From Pseudomonadota bacterium (GTDB lineage Bacteria; Desulfobacterota; JAZDOA01), in contig JAZDOA010000151.1 of the NCBI GenBank assembly GCA_043799175.1, positions 1 through 38,288 on the forward strand: a stretch of 38,288 bases of DNA, in the 5' to 3' direction. The notes under the pieces were generated by a model. It saw only the letters and a list, made by a program, of their open reading frames with translations, was not told the DNA's origin and made no database searches. The position numbers and the translations under genes were made by a program. Shown here piece by piece: positions 9,624 through 17,828 of this stretch; position 1 is the stretch's first letter; every line of letters begins with the position of its first letter.

Positions 9624-12600
9624 AGAAGATGGCTTTTCAGCACGATACAAGCTCTCATATTCTGGTTTTGGACCGGCCTGCCCCAGGAGTAGAGGTGCAG
9701 GCCCACTCCGATGCCCTGCGCCTGGTTTCGGCCACCTGTGATTTCGGAGACCGTGACCAGCTTGCGGCTCTTTCCGCGTCGTCACGGACTCATCTTGGCC
9801 GTTCACTCCAGTTTCTCCTGCCGCAGATCCTCGAACTGGGCCGGGCCAACCTGGAAGAGGCCGGCCGCATAGCCATCCCCTACAGCGACCTCTACATCCT
9901 TGAGGATGAAGGCCTGCGAGCCTTCGAGCCGTTGGCCGCTTGGGCACCATTCATGGTGGAACTCTCCTCGACCGGGTCGGTGGGAACTTCTTCTTTCCGT
10001 TACATTTGCCGCCTCTACGTAGGGGCCAGGCAAGTCTTCCCTCGACGCGTGGGGGCATTCGTGGATCTTCAAGGACGCCTCTTGCGACTCGACCGCTCCA
10101 GCTACGCGTTGATCGAGGCGGTGGAGGAAGCCAACAGCCTGCCCGCAGCCGAAAGAAACGCGACAGATGCCCTTCGCAGTTTGGCCCAGATAAGAGGCTT
10201 GGCGGAGGAGATCGGCGTCCAGCTCGACCGTTACCTCGCCCAGGAGCGAGTGATCATTCCCGCTGAGGTTGGAGTCGGTATCGAGGAAGATCATAAGGGA
10301 CGCATCTCCTTCGTTCCTCAGATCGACGGAGTGCCCGATGACGCGTTGAAGCGCGACTTCCTCGCCCGTGACGACACGGGCGTCTATTCCCTCACCCATC
10401 CTGACGGAGGCCAGCTGCGGGTTGTCTTGGGACCCAAGCAAAGAGAGGCGCTTAACAGAATGCGCTGGGTCCGCTTGCTTTCCGGGGAAGCCAAAGCCCG
10501 CGTGCTGGCCAACCCGGCCGCCACCTTCGAGGGACTCCTCGATGATGTCATCCGTATGGACGGCCTAGGGCCGAGAGTCAAAGACATTGGCAACTTCCCC
10601 TTCATTGTCCGTCCCCGCATTTCTTACGGCGTTCTCGACGGCATCCTGGGGAGCGCGCAGCCGCAGCACAAGTTGCCGCGCGCTGGCCTGGAAATCGTCT
10701 CAGTTGACGCCTCCACCGGCGAAAGACACACGGAACACGTCGACTTTGCCAACGAGAAGGAACGTCAGGAATTCACTCAGCAGGTGAAGGACGCCGCACG
10801 GACGGGACAAGGCTGTGTCCAGTTTCGAGACCTGACCGTGCAGGTGGAACCCGAACTCCTCAAGGGACTCGATGAATTGGAGCAGCGGCTAGCTCGGCCA
10901 CCACGTGGTCTCAAGGAGGAGCAGGAGGATCAAGGCCGCTATCTGCTGATCTACACGAACGAGGAGGAAGTCGACTATCCCGGGCAGGGAGAAGGAGAAG
11001 CGCCAGGGCCAGTACCCTCCGCCCCCATCTTCGAGCCTCCGCAGGCTCTGCTGGACACTGATACTCTCACCAAATACCAGCAAGCAGGAATCGCCTGGCT
11101 ACAACTTAACTATCGGCTCAAGGGCCGGCGGGGATGCTTGTTGGCCGACGACATGGGTCTGGGCAAGACTCTTCAGATCCTCAACTTCGTGGCTTGGCTG
11201 ATTGAGCAGGGCTCTCTCCTGGAGAAGCCAGGGGACGCCTCAGAACTCCCGCCCTGGAATCCAGTGCTCGTTGTGGCGCCGGTCATGCTGCTCGAGGTGA
11301 AAACCTGGGTCAAAGACATGCAGTGTTTCTTCCGGCATGAAGGCAATGTATTCCAGCCATACCTGGTTCTACATGGACAAGAACTTCAACGGCTGCGCCA
11401 AGACGGGGTCCGTGGCCGGGAAACCCAGCTGGGTGAGCCAATCCTCGACCTGGAGAAGTTGCGTAGCCATCGCGTCGTTCTCACGAACTACGAAACCGTG
11501 GTTAACTACCAACATTCGTTGGCTCGCATCAAGTGGGCAGCCGTCGTGACCGACGAGGCGCAGGAGTTCAAGACGCCCAGCACCAAAATCTCTCATGCTC
11601 TGAAGAGCCTCGATCCTCGCTTCCGCGTGGCCCTTACGGGCACCCCCGTGGAGACCCGTCTTTTGGATGTCTGGAACATATTCGACTTTCTCCAGCCAGG
11701 CCATCTGCGCAGCGCCAAGGAATTCTGCGATGACTACGAAAGACATCTGGAGGATGATAGCGCGTGCTCCGACGCGCTGAACAGGCTAAAGAAGAGTCTG
11801 GCGCATGGGGAGCCTGACGCCTTCATTCTGAGACGCAATAAAACAGAGTTGAAGGATCTGCCTCCCAAACATGAGCACGAGATCTACTGCCAGCTCTCCG
11901 ACATCCAGCGCCAGCACCACCTCGACCTCGTCCGTCAGGCCGGCACGGGAGCCAGTCATCATTTCAGTCTGCTCAGCAGCCTGATGTTCCTCTATCAGCA
12001 TCCTGATTTGGAGTTATCGAGGGATAGGATGCTCGACCTTCCTGCACAGACGCTGGTGGACCGGTGCCCGAAGCTGTCGGCCACCATTGAAGTCTTATCG
12101 AAGATACGGCGTGCCCGTGAAAAAGCGCTCATTTTCACCCGCAGCATCGTCATGCAACAGGCCATAGCCAAGGTTCTTGGGGAGACATTCGGCCTCAATA
12201 TCGACATCATAAATGGGGCCACCAAGCGCCACAGCCCCCGCGCCAGCGTCGCGACGCGCGAACAAATACTCCAAAGATTCCGTGAGCATGTCGGCTTTCA
12301 CGTCCTCGTGCTCTCACCCGAGGTAGCTGGTTTGGGCCTGACTATTGTCGAGGCAAATCACGTCATCCATTATGGCCGCTGGTGGAATCCGGCCAAAGAA
12401 TCACAGGCGACCGACAGGGTTTATCGCATCGGCCAGAAAAAGGATGTACACGTCTACTACCCAATTGCCCAAGACCCACTTGGGCAGTTCAAGACTTTCG
12501 ATGAAAAGCTCGACGACTTGCTCAAACGCCGGCGCCAATTGGCCACCGACTTCTTGATGCCCATTCCGGATGAGGAGCGCCTGAGCAGGGAACTGGCCGA

Positions 12601-13120
12601 AGGAATTCTGTGCGAGCATGAAGGAGATCGGGGCGAGGTCAGGCCCCTCAATATGCACGACATCCCCGACCTTGCCTGGGATAGGTTTGAGGCTTTGGTG
12701 GGGCTGCTTGAGCACAAGCAGGGGCGCCAAGTCATACTGACCCCGCGGGCGGGAGACCAGGGCATAGATGTCATTGCCGCGGACGGCAACGATGTAAGGC
12801 TTATCCAGTGCAAGCACACTGCTGGCTACAATATTCACGACGAAAGCGTAGCCGAGACTATCGAGGCATTCGACGGCTACCGCGCGAGGTACCTGCGCGG
12901 CAAGAGTCCCTGCAAGCTAATCCTCTCCACCAATGGCGGCTTCACGGAGAGCGCTGGCTCCATGGCGTACCTACGCGGCGTTCAGCTTGTTCCAGGCGCT
13001 GATCTGGAGCGGCTGCTTGATGCTTATCCGGTCACTTTCGCCGAAATCGAGACATTCGCCCAACGCCGTTGCAAGACCATGAAAGAGGTGCGTGCGGCCA
13101 TTCAGGGCTGGCGGCTTTGA
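9620..13120 (+). CDS. zorD: ZorD (SNF2-family ATPase with C-terminal Mrr-like PD-(D/E)xK nuclease domain)
   Basis: SNF2 motif I 'LLADDMGLGKTLQ', motif II 'VVTDEAQEFK' (DEAQ box), and a helicase C region 'ALIFTRSIVMQ...GLGLTIVEANHVIHYGRWWNPAKESQATDRVYRIGQ'. The C-terminal ~130 aa 'VILTPRAGDQGIDVIAADGNDVRLIQCKHTAGY' resembles the Mrr catalytic (type IV restriction) fold. ATG 9620 overlaps the zorC TGA as ATGA; the track ORF begins at 9569. Confidence 0.75.
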   Translation: MKKMAFQHDTSSHILVLDRPAPGVEVQAHSDALRLVSATCDFGDRDQLAALSASSRTHLGRSLQFLLPQILELGRANLEEAGRIAIPYSDLYILEDEGLRAFEPLAAWAPFMVELSSTGSVGTSSFRYICRLYVGARQVFPRRVGAFVDLQGRLLRLDRSSYALIEAVEEANSLPAAERNATDALRSLAQIRGLAEEIGVQLDRYLAQERVIIPAEVGVGIEEDHKGRISFVPQIDGVPDDALKRDFLARDDTGVYSLTHPDGGQLRVVLGPKQREALNRMRWVRLLSGEAKARVLANPAATFEGLLDDVIRMDGLGPRVKDIGNFPFIVRPRISYGVLDGILGSAQPQHKLPRAGLEIVSVDASTGERHTEHVDFANEKERQEFTQQVKDAARTGQGCVQFRDLTVQVEPELLKGLDELEQRLARPPRGLKEEQEDQGRYLLIYTNEEEVDYPGQGEGEAPGPVPSAPIFEPPQALLDTDTLTKYQQAGIAWLQLNYRLKGRRGCLLADDMGLGKTLQILNFVAWLIEQGSLLEKPGDASELPPWNPVLVVAPVMLLEVKTWVKDMQCFFRHEGNVFQPYLVLHGQELQRLRQDGVRGRETQLGEPILDLEKLRSHRVVLTNYETVVNYQHSLARIKWAAVVTDEAQEFKTPSTKISHALKSLDPRFRVALTGTPVETRLLDVWNIFDFLQPGHLRSAKEFCDDYERHLEDDSACSDALNRLKKSLAHGEPDAFILRRNKTELKDLPPKHEHEIYCQLSDIQRQHHLDLVRQAGTGASHHFSLLSSLMFLYQHPDLELSRDRMLDLPAQTLVDRCPKLSATIEVLSKIRRAREKALIFTRSIVMQQAIAKVLGETFGLNIDIINGATKRHSPRASVATREQILQRFREHVGFHVLVLSPEVAGLGLTIVEANHVIHYGRWWNPAKESQATDRVYRIGQKKDVHVYYPIAQDPLGQFKTFDEKLDDLLKRRRQLATDFLMPIPDEERLSRELAEGILCEHEGDRGEVRPLNMHDIPDLAWDRFEALVGLLEHKQGRQVILTPRAGDQGIDVIAADGNDVRLIQCKHTAGYNIHDESVAETIEAFDGYRARYLRGKSPCKLILSTNGGFTESAGSMAYLRGVQLVPGADLERLLDAYPVTFAEIETFAQRRCKTMKEVRAAIQGWRL

Positions 13121-13312
13121 GCGAGTTTATTCCAGCGACTCAGCCCCCCGCTGCCTAAACAAGCCGACTACTGCAATGCGAGGATTCTTGGCTCTCTATT
13201 CCTGGGGCTCATCGTAAGCGCTTAACCACTCCCCCCAATGAACCCACAGTAGCAAAATGGTAGCGACGAAGAAGGGCGACCCGAGCCGCCCCTTGGCAAC
13301 CGCTTGATTTTC

Positions 13313-13377
13313 TGGTCATGGGCCAGGCGCGCGCGCCCCTCAGGCACCCTCCTCGGCTAACGGCAGCCCGACGAAGA
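13313..13377. repeat. Direct repeat copy A (65 nt, ~89% identical to 15540..15604); relic of the histidine-kinase 3' end
   Basis: 'tggtcatgggccaggcgcgcgcgcccctcaggcaccctcctcggctaacggcagcccgacgaaga' matches 15540..15604, with 7 mismatches in 65. The minus-strand reading ends '...LPLAEEGA-stop', the same as the C-terminus of the HK gene at copy B. Confidence 0.8.
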
Positions 13378-13492
13378 CCGCACCACCGGAGTGGGCACCG
13401 GCCCCGTAGAATTGCCGCAACCCGAGGACCGGATCTGGTATGTTCCTTGTGAGCTGCAAAATGCCACTTATGTCCGCACACCTGGAGGAATC

Positions 13493-15508
13493 ATGCTGGA
13501 TCTGTTTTATGCTCACCTGACACTGGTCAGCACCGTCGCGACCGGCCTCGTGATTCTCGGCTATTATTCGATCGTCATCGTCTCCGGCAGGGAACTGGCG
13601 GTGCTGGAACGGCGCTGGTGCGGCAGACAGATGCCGCAGGGGCGCGTCGTGGCCATGGGAGACGAGGTCGGCATCCAGGCCCGGACCCTGGGCCCCGGCC
13701 TGCACTTTCTGCTACCCTTCGTCTACGCGGCGCGAAAGTACCCCTTCGCCGAGATCAAGGACGGCGAGATCGGCATCGTGGAGTCTATCGACGGCAACCC
13801 CATCCCGCCGGGTCGGATTTTTGCCCAGGTGGTGGAGGGACACAACGCCTTTCAAGACGGCGAGGTCTTCCTGAAGAACGGCGGCCAGAAAGGCCCCCAG
13901 ATCCAGATCCTTTCCCCAGGGAAGTACCGGATCAACCCCTACCAGTTCAACGTCACCAATGGGGAGGCGGTCGTCGTCGACAAGGGTAAGGTGGGTGTCG
14001 TCGCCGCCATGGACGGCAAGAGCATACCCGCCGGGAGGCTCCTGGGGCAGCGCGTCGCCGAGCACTCCAATTTCGAGAACGGCCAGGCCTTTATCGAGAA
14101 CGGCGGGCAGAAGGGGCCGCAGATCGACATCCTGCAGCCGGGGACCTACCGCATCAACCTAAACCAGTTCGAGGTGGAGATCCACGACGCCACGGTAATC
14201 CCGGCCAACAACGTCGGCCTGGTGACCGCCCTCGACGGCAATCCGCTCCCGGAAACGGAGTACATCGCCAAGTCGGTCTCCGGCCACGAGGACTACCAGG
14301 ACGCCCAAAAATTTCTCTTCGCCGGCGGCCAGCGCGGGCCACAGCTCAACATGCTGCGGCCGGGCACGTACTACATCAATCCCCTCATGTTCAAGGTGGA
14401 GCTCGACGACGTCACCGTGGTGGAACGGGGCCAAGTGGCGGTGGTCATCTCCAACGTGGGGGAAGAGCCGACCGCGGAAATGAAGCGGCGCCTGAGCGCC
14501 TCCCAGACCAATACGCTGACCGAAGAGGAGGCCAGGGAGCGGTACGTGGTTCCCGAGGGGTACCGCGGCATCCAGGAGGAGGTGGCCGGCCCTGGACGCT
14601 ACTACCTCAACAAGCGGGCCTTCATCCCGTACATCATTGACACCACCAACATCACCATAGACTGGGACAGCGCGGCGGACACCCGCTTCGATCCTCTCAA
14701 GGTGATCTCCAAGGACGGCTTCCCGATTGACGTTTCGGTCAAGGTCGTGGTCCGCGTCCGGCCGGATCAGGCCCCGTACATGGTCGCCAAGGTCGGCTCC
14801 GCGGAGAACCTCATCCTCCACGTCATCCACCCCATGATAGACTCCTCGTTCCGCAACCAGGCCTCGTCCACCTCGGCCATGAACTTTCTGCAGAACCGCC
14901 AGGAAGAGCAGGTCCGCGCCGAAGACCGGGCCCGTGCCAGCCTGGAGAAGTACCACGTGGAGTGCGTATCCGTCCTCATCTGCCAAATCAACCTGCCCCA
15001 GGACCTGATGGAGACCCAGACCAGGCGGATCATCGCCGAGCAGCAGAAGGAGATGTTCGCCATGCAGCAGGAGGCCGAGGCGGCCAGAATCTCCACCGAA
15101 AAGACCCGCGCCACCGCCGACCAGCAGGGTGAGCTGGTCAAGGCCGAGATCGGGGTGAAGGTCGCCGACCAACAGAAGCAGAAGACCATCGTCCTGGCGC
15201 AGGGGGATGCCGAGGGGATACGGCTGCGCGGCGAGGGCGAGGCGAGGAAGATCGAGGCCATCGGCCAGGCAACCGCCCAGGCCTACCGGGAGCAGAATGC
15301 CGCCCTTGGTCAGGAGGCGATTACCGCCATCGAGGTGATGAAGAAAGTCGCCGAGGGCAATATCCGCATCACCCCCGATATTCTCGTCGCCGGCGAAAAC
15401 GGGGGCCTCCTCGACGTGCTGCTGGCCCAGTTAGTCAAGAAGGGTTCTCTGCCGGATGCGGTTGAACCCGGCAGGCACTGCAAGGCAAGGGTGATGGAGG
15501 CGGAGTGA
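13493..15508 (+). CDS. Flotillin/SPFH (band-7) family membrane protein with N-terminal tandem ~73-aa repeats
   Basis: GGAGG Shine-Dalgarno sequence then ATG 13493; TM helix 'LTLVSTVATGLVILGYYSIVIV'. Three clear plus one degenerate repeat unit '...G(V/I)V..DG.(P/S)IP.GR.....V.(G/E)H..F..G..F..NGGQ(K/R)GPQ...L.PG.Y.IN...F.V'. The SPFH core is '...KVISKDGFPIDVSVKVVVRV...HVIHPMIDSSFRNQASS'. A flotillin-type EA-rich coiled-coil C-terminus follows: 'QQKEMFAMQQEAEAARISTEKTRATADQQ...'. Confidence 0.7.
   Translation: MLDLFYAHLTLVSTVATGLVILGYYSIVIVSGRELAVLERRWCGRQMPQGRVVAMGDEVGIQARTLGPGLHFLLPFVYAARKYPFAEIKDGEIGIVESIDGNPIPPGRIFAQVVEGHNAFQDGEVFLKNGGQKGPQIQILSPGKYRINPYQFNVTNGEAVVVDKGKVGVVAAMDGKSIPAGRLLGQRVAEHSNFENGQAFIENGGQKGPQIDILQPGTYRINLNQFEVEIHDATVIPANNVGLVTALDGNPLPETEYIAKSVSGHEDYQDAQKFLFAGGQRGPQLNMLRPGTYYINPLMFKVELDDVTVVERGQVAVVISNVGEEPTAEMKRRLSASQTNTLTEEEARERYVVPEGYRGIQEEVAGPGRYYLNKRAFIPYIIDTTNITIDWDSAADTRFDPLKVISKDGFPIDVSVKVVVRVRPDQAPYMVAKVGSAENLILHVIHPMIDSSFRNQASSTSAMNFLQNRQEEQVRAEDRARASLEKYHVECVSVLICQINLPQDLMETQTRRIIAEQQKEMFAMQQEAEAARISTEKTRATADQQGELVKAEIGVKVADQQKQKTIVLAQGDAEGIRLRGEGEARKIEAIGQATAQAYREQNAALGQEAITAIEVMKKVAEGNIRITPDILVAGENGGLLDVLLAQLVKKGSLPDAVEPGRHCKARVMEAE
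13748..14410 (+). repeat. Tandem intragenic coding repeats (about 3 x 220 nt) inside the SPFH gene
   Basis: Three units are visible in the translation: 'GEIGIVESIDGNPIPPGR...NGGQKGPQIQILSPGKYRINPYQFNV', 'GKVGVVAAMDGKSIPAGR...NGGQKGPQIDILQPGTYRINLNQFEV', and 'NNVGLVTALDGNPLPETE...AGGQRGPQLNMLRPGTYYINPLMFKV'. Coordinates are approximate. Confidence 0.55.
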
Positions 15509-15539
15509 GGTGGCAAGGCCGCCCGCCGGACTCCGGCCG

Positions 15540-15604
15540 TGGTCATGAACCAGGCGCGGGATTCCCTCAGGCACCCTCCTCGGCTAACGGCAGCTCGACG
15601 AAGA
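15540..15604. repeat. Direct repeat copy B (65 nt); it is the functional 3' end of the histidine-kinase gene
   Basis: Same 65-nt sequence as 13313..13377. It covers the last 12 codons and stop of the minus-strand HK gene plus about 25 nt downstream. Confidence 0.8.
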
Positions 15605-17174
15605 AGGTGGTTCCCTGAGACGGCTCGCTCTCGGCCCAGATGCGGCCGCCGTGGCGATCCACGATGCTCTTGGCGATGTAAAGCCCCACGCCGAGGCCGG
15701 CATAGACGGCCTGCTGCGGGCCGGGCTTATAGAAACGCTCGAAGATATGGGGCAGATGCTCCGGGGCGATGCCGATCCCCTCGTCGCGCACATCCACGAG
15801 GGCGCGCCCGTCGTGGTGGCGTGCCTGCATCCAGATGCGGCCTCCCTCGGGGCTGTACTTGATGGCGTTGTCGAGCAGATTGGAGAAGACCTGCTCCAGC
15901 CGCACCGGGTCGCCCTTCACCACCAACGGCTCCTCGGGCGGACAGAAGACGAGGCGGTGATCAAGAATGGGCCGTTCGCAGACCGCCCTGACGACCTTGG
16001 TCAGATCGAGTTCCCGGAGCTCGACGGGCATGCGGCCCATCTCCAGCCGCGAGACCTCCAGCAGGTCGTTGACGAGTTGCACGAGCTGATCCGTCTGCCT
16101 CAGCAGCCTGGTCACTATGTCCCGGCTGAGCACCTCGGGCCGGCGCAGGGCCAGCTCGCTGAAGATCTTGATCGACGTCACGGGGGTCTTCAGTTCGTGA
16201 GAGGCCATGGAGAGGAACTCGTCCTTGAGGCGGCTGGCCTCCTCTATCTTCCGCTGGACCTCCTTCTGGGCGGTGATGTCCCAGAAGACGACCACGGCTC
16301 CCGTCCTCTGTCCACCCACGACCAGGGGCAGGGCGGTGCAGATGACGGGCACCAGCCGGCCGTCGGCCCGCACGAGCGTCTCCTCCCAGCCGATCGTGGC
16401 CTCGCCCTGCAAGGCCTTGAAGATGCCGAGCTCCTCCGGCGCCAGCGCCCTTCCCTTCGGGCAGAGCACCTTCCAGGTCTTGCCATAGTTCGTGAGGTCC
16501 TTGACCTCGTCCCGGCTAAGCCCAATCAGCCGCTCGACGGCCTCGTTGACGAGGACGATCCGTCCGTCCGCCGCGGCAATGAGCACGCCCGCGGGCAACT
16601 GGTCGAGGATGGCGGCCAGCCAGTCGGCCCTCTCCTGCTCCCAGAGCGCCAGCTCCTCGGCCTGGCGCCTGGCGTTTGCCAGCTCCTCGGCCCGCCGCTG
16701 TTCGGTGAGGTCGGTCACGACCATGCAAAAACAACTGTTTTCTCCCAGGGGCAGGGGGCTGACCGACACCAGGGCGGGCAACACTCCGTCGCCCCTACGG
16801 AACCGGATCTCGCCGCGGCTGCCGGACGGGCCACGGGAAAGCAAAGCCGACAGGGCAGCCGTCTCTTCCCAAACCGCGTGCCGCTCAAGCGGAGAGCCGA
16901 TCACCTTCTCGATCGGCAGGCCGAGCATCTCGGCCAACCGGCGGTTGCAGTAGAGGATGGTGCCGTCCGCGGCCAGGGTGGCGGCCCCCTCGCTCATGGC
17001 CTCTACCAGAACCTGGTAGGCGCGGTCAGCCCCCTTGAGGGTATAGACCTGGTCGCCCACCACCAGGGCGTCCACCTCGCCACCCCGGATGGCCGCAATC
17101 GTCTCCTCCGCCTCGCGCAGGCGCTCCATCATCTCCTCGATCTCGCTGCGCGGCGTGTCTTCGTTCTCAGGCAT
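15567..17174 (-). CDS. Cytoplasmic PAS-domain sensor histidine kinase (probable output kinase of the KaiBC module)
   Basis: 535-aa ORF with no TM segment. An N-terminal coiled coil is followed by PAS-like segments. The HisKA H-box is 'EFLSMASHELKTPVTSI'. HATPase_c motifs are 'NLLDNAIKY', 'DEGIGI' and 'GLGVGLYIAKSIVDRHGGRIW'. The ATG start overlaps the kaiB stop by 8 nt. Confidence 0.85.
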   Translation of the reverse strand: MPENEDTPRSEIEEMMERLREAEETIAAIRGGEVDALVVGDQVYTLKGADRAYQVLVEAMSEGAATLAADGTILYCNRRLAEMLGLPIEKVIGSPLERHAVWEETAALSALLSRGPSGSRGEIRFRRGDGVLPALVSVSPLPLGENSCFCMVVTDLTEQRRAEELANARRQAEELALWEQERADWLAAILDQLPAGVLIAAADGRIVLVNEAVERLIGLSRDEVKDLTNYGKTWKVLCPKGRALAPEELGIFKALQGEATIGWEETLVRADGRLVPVICTALPLVVGGQRTGAVVVFWDITAQKEVQRKIEEASRLKDEFLSMASHELKTPVTSIKIFSELALRRPEVLSRDIVTRLLRQTDQLVQLVNDLLEVSRLEMGRMPVELRELDLTKVVRAVCERPILDHRLVFCPPEEPLVVKGDPVRLEQVFSNLLDNAIKYSPEGGRIWMQARHHDGRALVDVRDEGIGIAPEHLPHIFERFYKPGPQQAVYAGLGVGLYIAKSIVDRHGGRIWAESEPSQGTTFFVELPLAEEGA

Positions 17175-17532
17175 CCTTACTCTCGCGACCTTTCTTCGGC
17201 CTGATGTCCAGGCCCACCAAGACCCGCCCGGTGTCGGACATGTCTCCGATCAGCTTGCGCAGCGGGGCCGGGAGTCTCTTGACCAGCGTGGGGACGGCGA
17301 TGATCTGTTCCCCCTCGAGCAGCACCGGCTGCTGATAGATGTCGATGACCTCCAGGTCGTAGCGGCCCTTCAGGTGCTCCTCGCAGATGACCTTGATGTT
17401 CTCGATGGCCTGCCTCGACCGAGGGGTGGCCCCGGCTACATAGAGACGCAGGATGTAGGTCCCGCCCTGCCCTTCCTCTCCGGCGAGGGCAGACTCGAAG
17501 CGCCTGGTGGAATCGGGGTGGTCGTAGGTCAT
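17167..17532 (-). CDS. kaiB: KaiB-like protein (copy 1, thioredoxin-like fold)
   Basis: '[83 protein letters not shown]' is a canonical KaiB core. Its ATG (17532) forms an ATGA overlap with the stop of upstream kaiB copy 2. The track ORF, which begins at 17610, appears over-extended. Confidence 0.8.
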   Translation of the reverse strand: MTYDHPDSTRRFESALAGEEGQGGTYILRLYVAGATPRSRQAIENIKVICEEHLKGRYDLEVIDIYQQPVLLEGEQIIAVPTLVKRLPAPLRKLIGDMSDTGRVLVGLDIRPKKGRESKDA

Positions 17533-17822
17533 GGTCTGTCCCCTTTCGGGCGCGGGTCGAGGCCGACCAGCACGCGCTCGGTGTTCGACAGGTCGCCGAT
17601 GATCTTGCACAGCGGCGGAGGGAGCTTCCGGACCAAGGTCGGGATGGCCACGATCTGGTCTCCCGCGGCGAGCTGGGGACGCTCAAGCAGGTCTATCACC
17701 TCTATGGTGTACTGGCCCTTCAGGTGCTCCTCGCAGAGCTTCTTCAGATTGGCGAAGGCGGCCAGTGACCTGGGAGTCTGCCCGGCCACGTAGAGCCGCA
17801 GGTGCCACTGCTCCTTCTCCAT
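17529..17822 (-). CDS. kaiB: KaiB-like protein (copy 2)
   Basis: 97 aa, '[72 protein letters not shown]'. It is a paralogue of copy 1 and shares a 22-nt identical DNA stretch with it ('cccttcaggtgctcctcgcaga'). It lies 7 nt downstream of the kaiC stop. Confidence 0.8.
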   Translation of the reverse strand: MEKEQWHLRLYVAGQTPRSLAAFANLKKLCEEHLKGQYTIEVIDLLERPQLAAGDQIVAIPTLVRKLPPPLCKIIGDLSNTERVLVGLDPRPKGDRP

Positions 17823-17828
17823 ACCGCG

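Noticed and set aside
15509-15545. Hairpin 'gccgga-c-tccggc' just downstream of the SPFH gene as an intrinsic terminator
   Set aside because: A 6-bp stem with a 1-nt loop and no following U-tract is not a credible rho-independent terminator.
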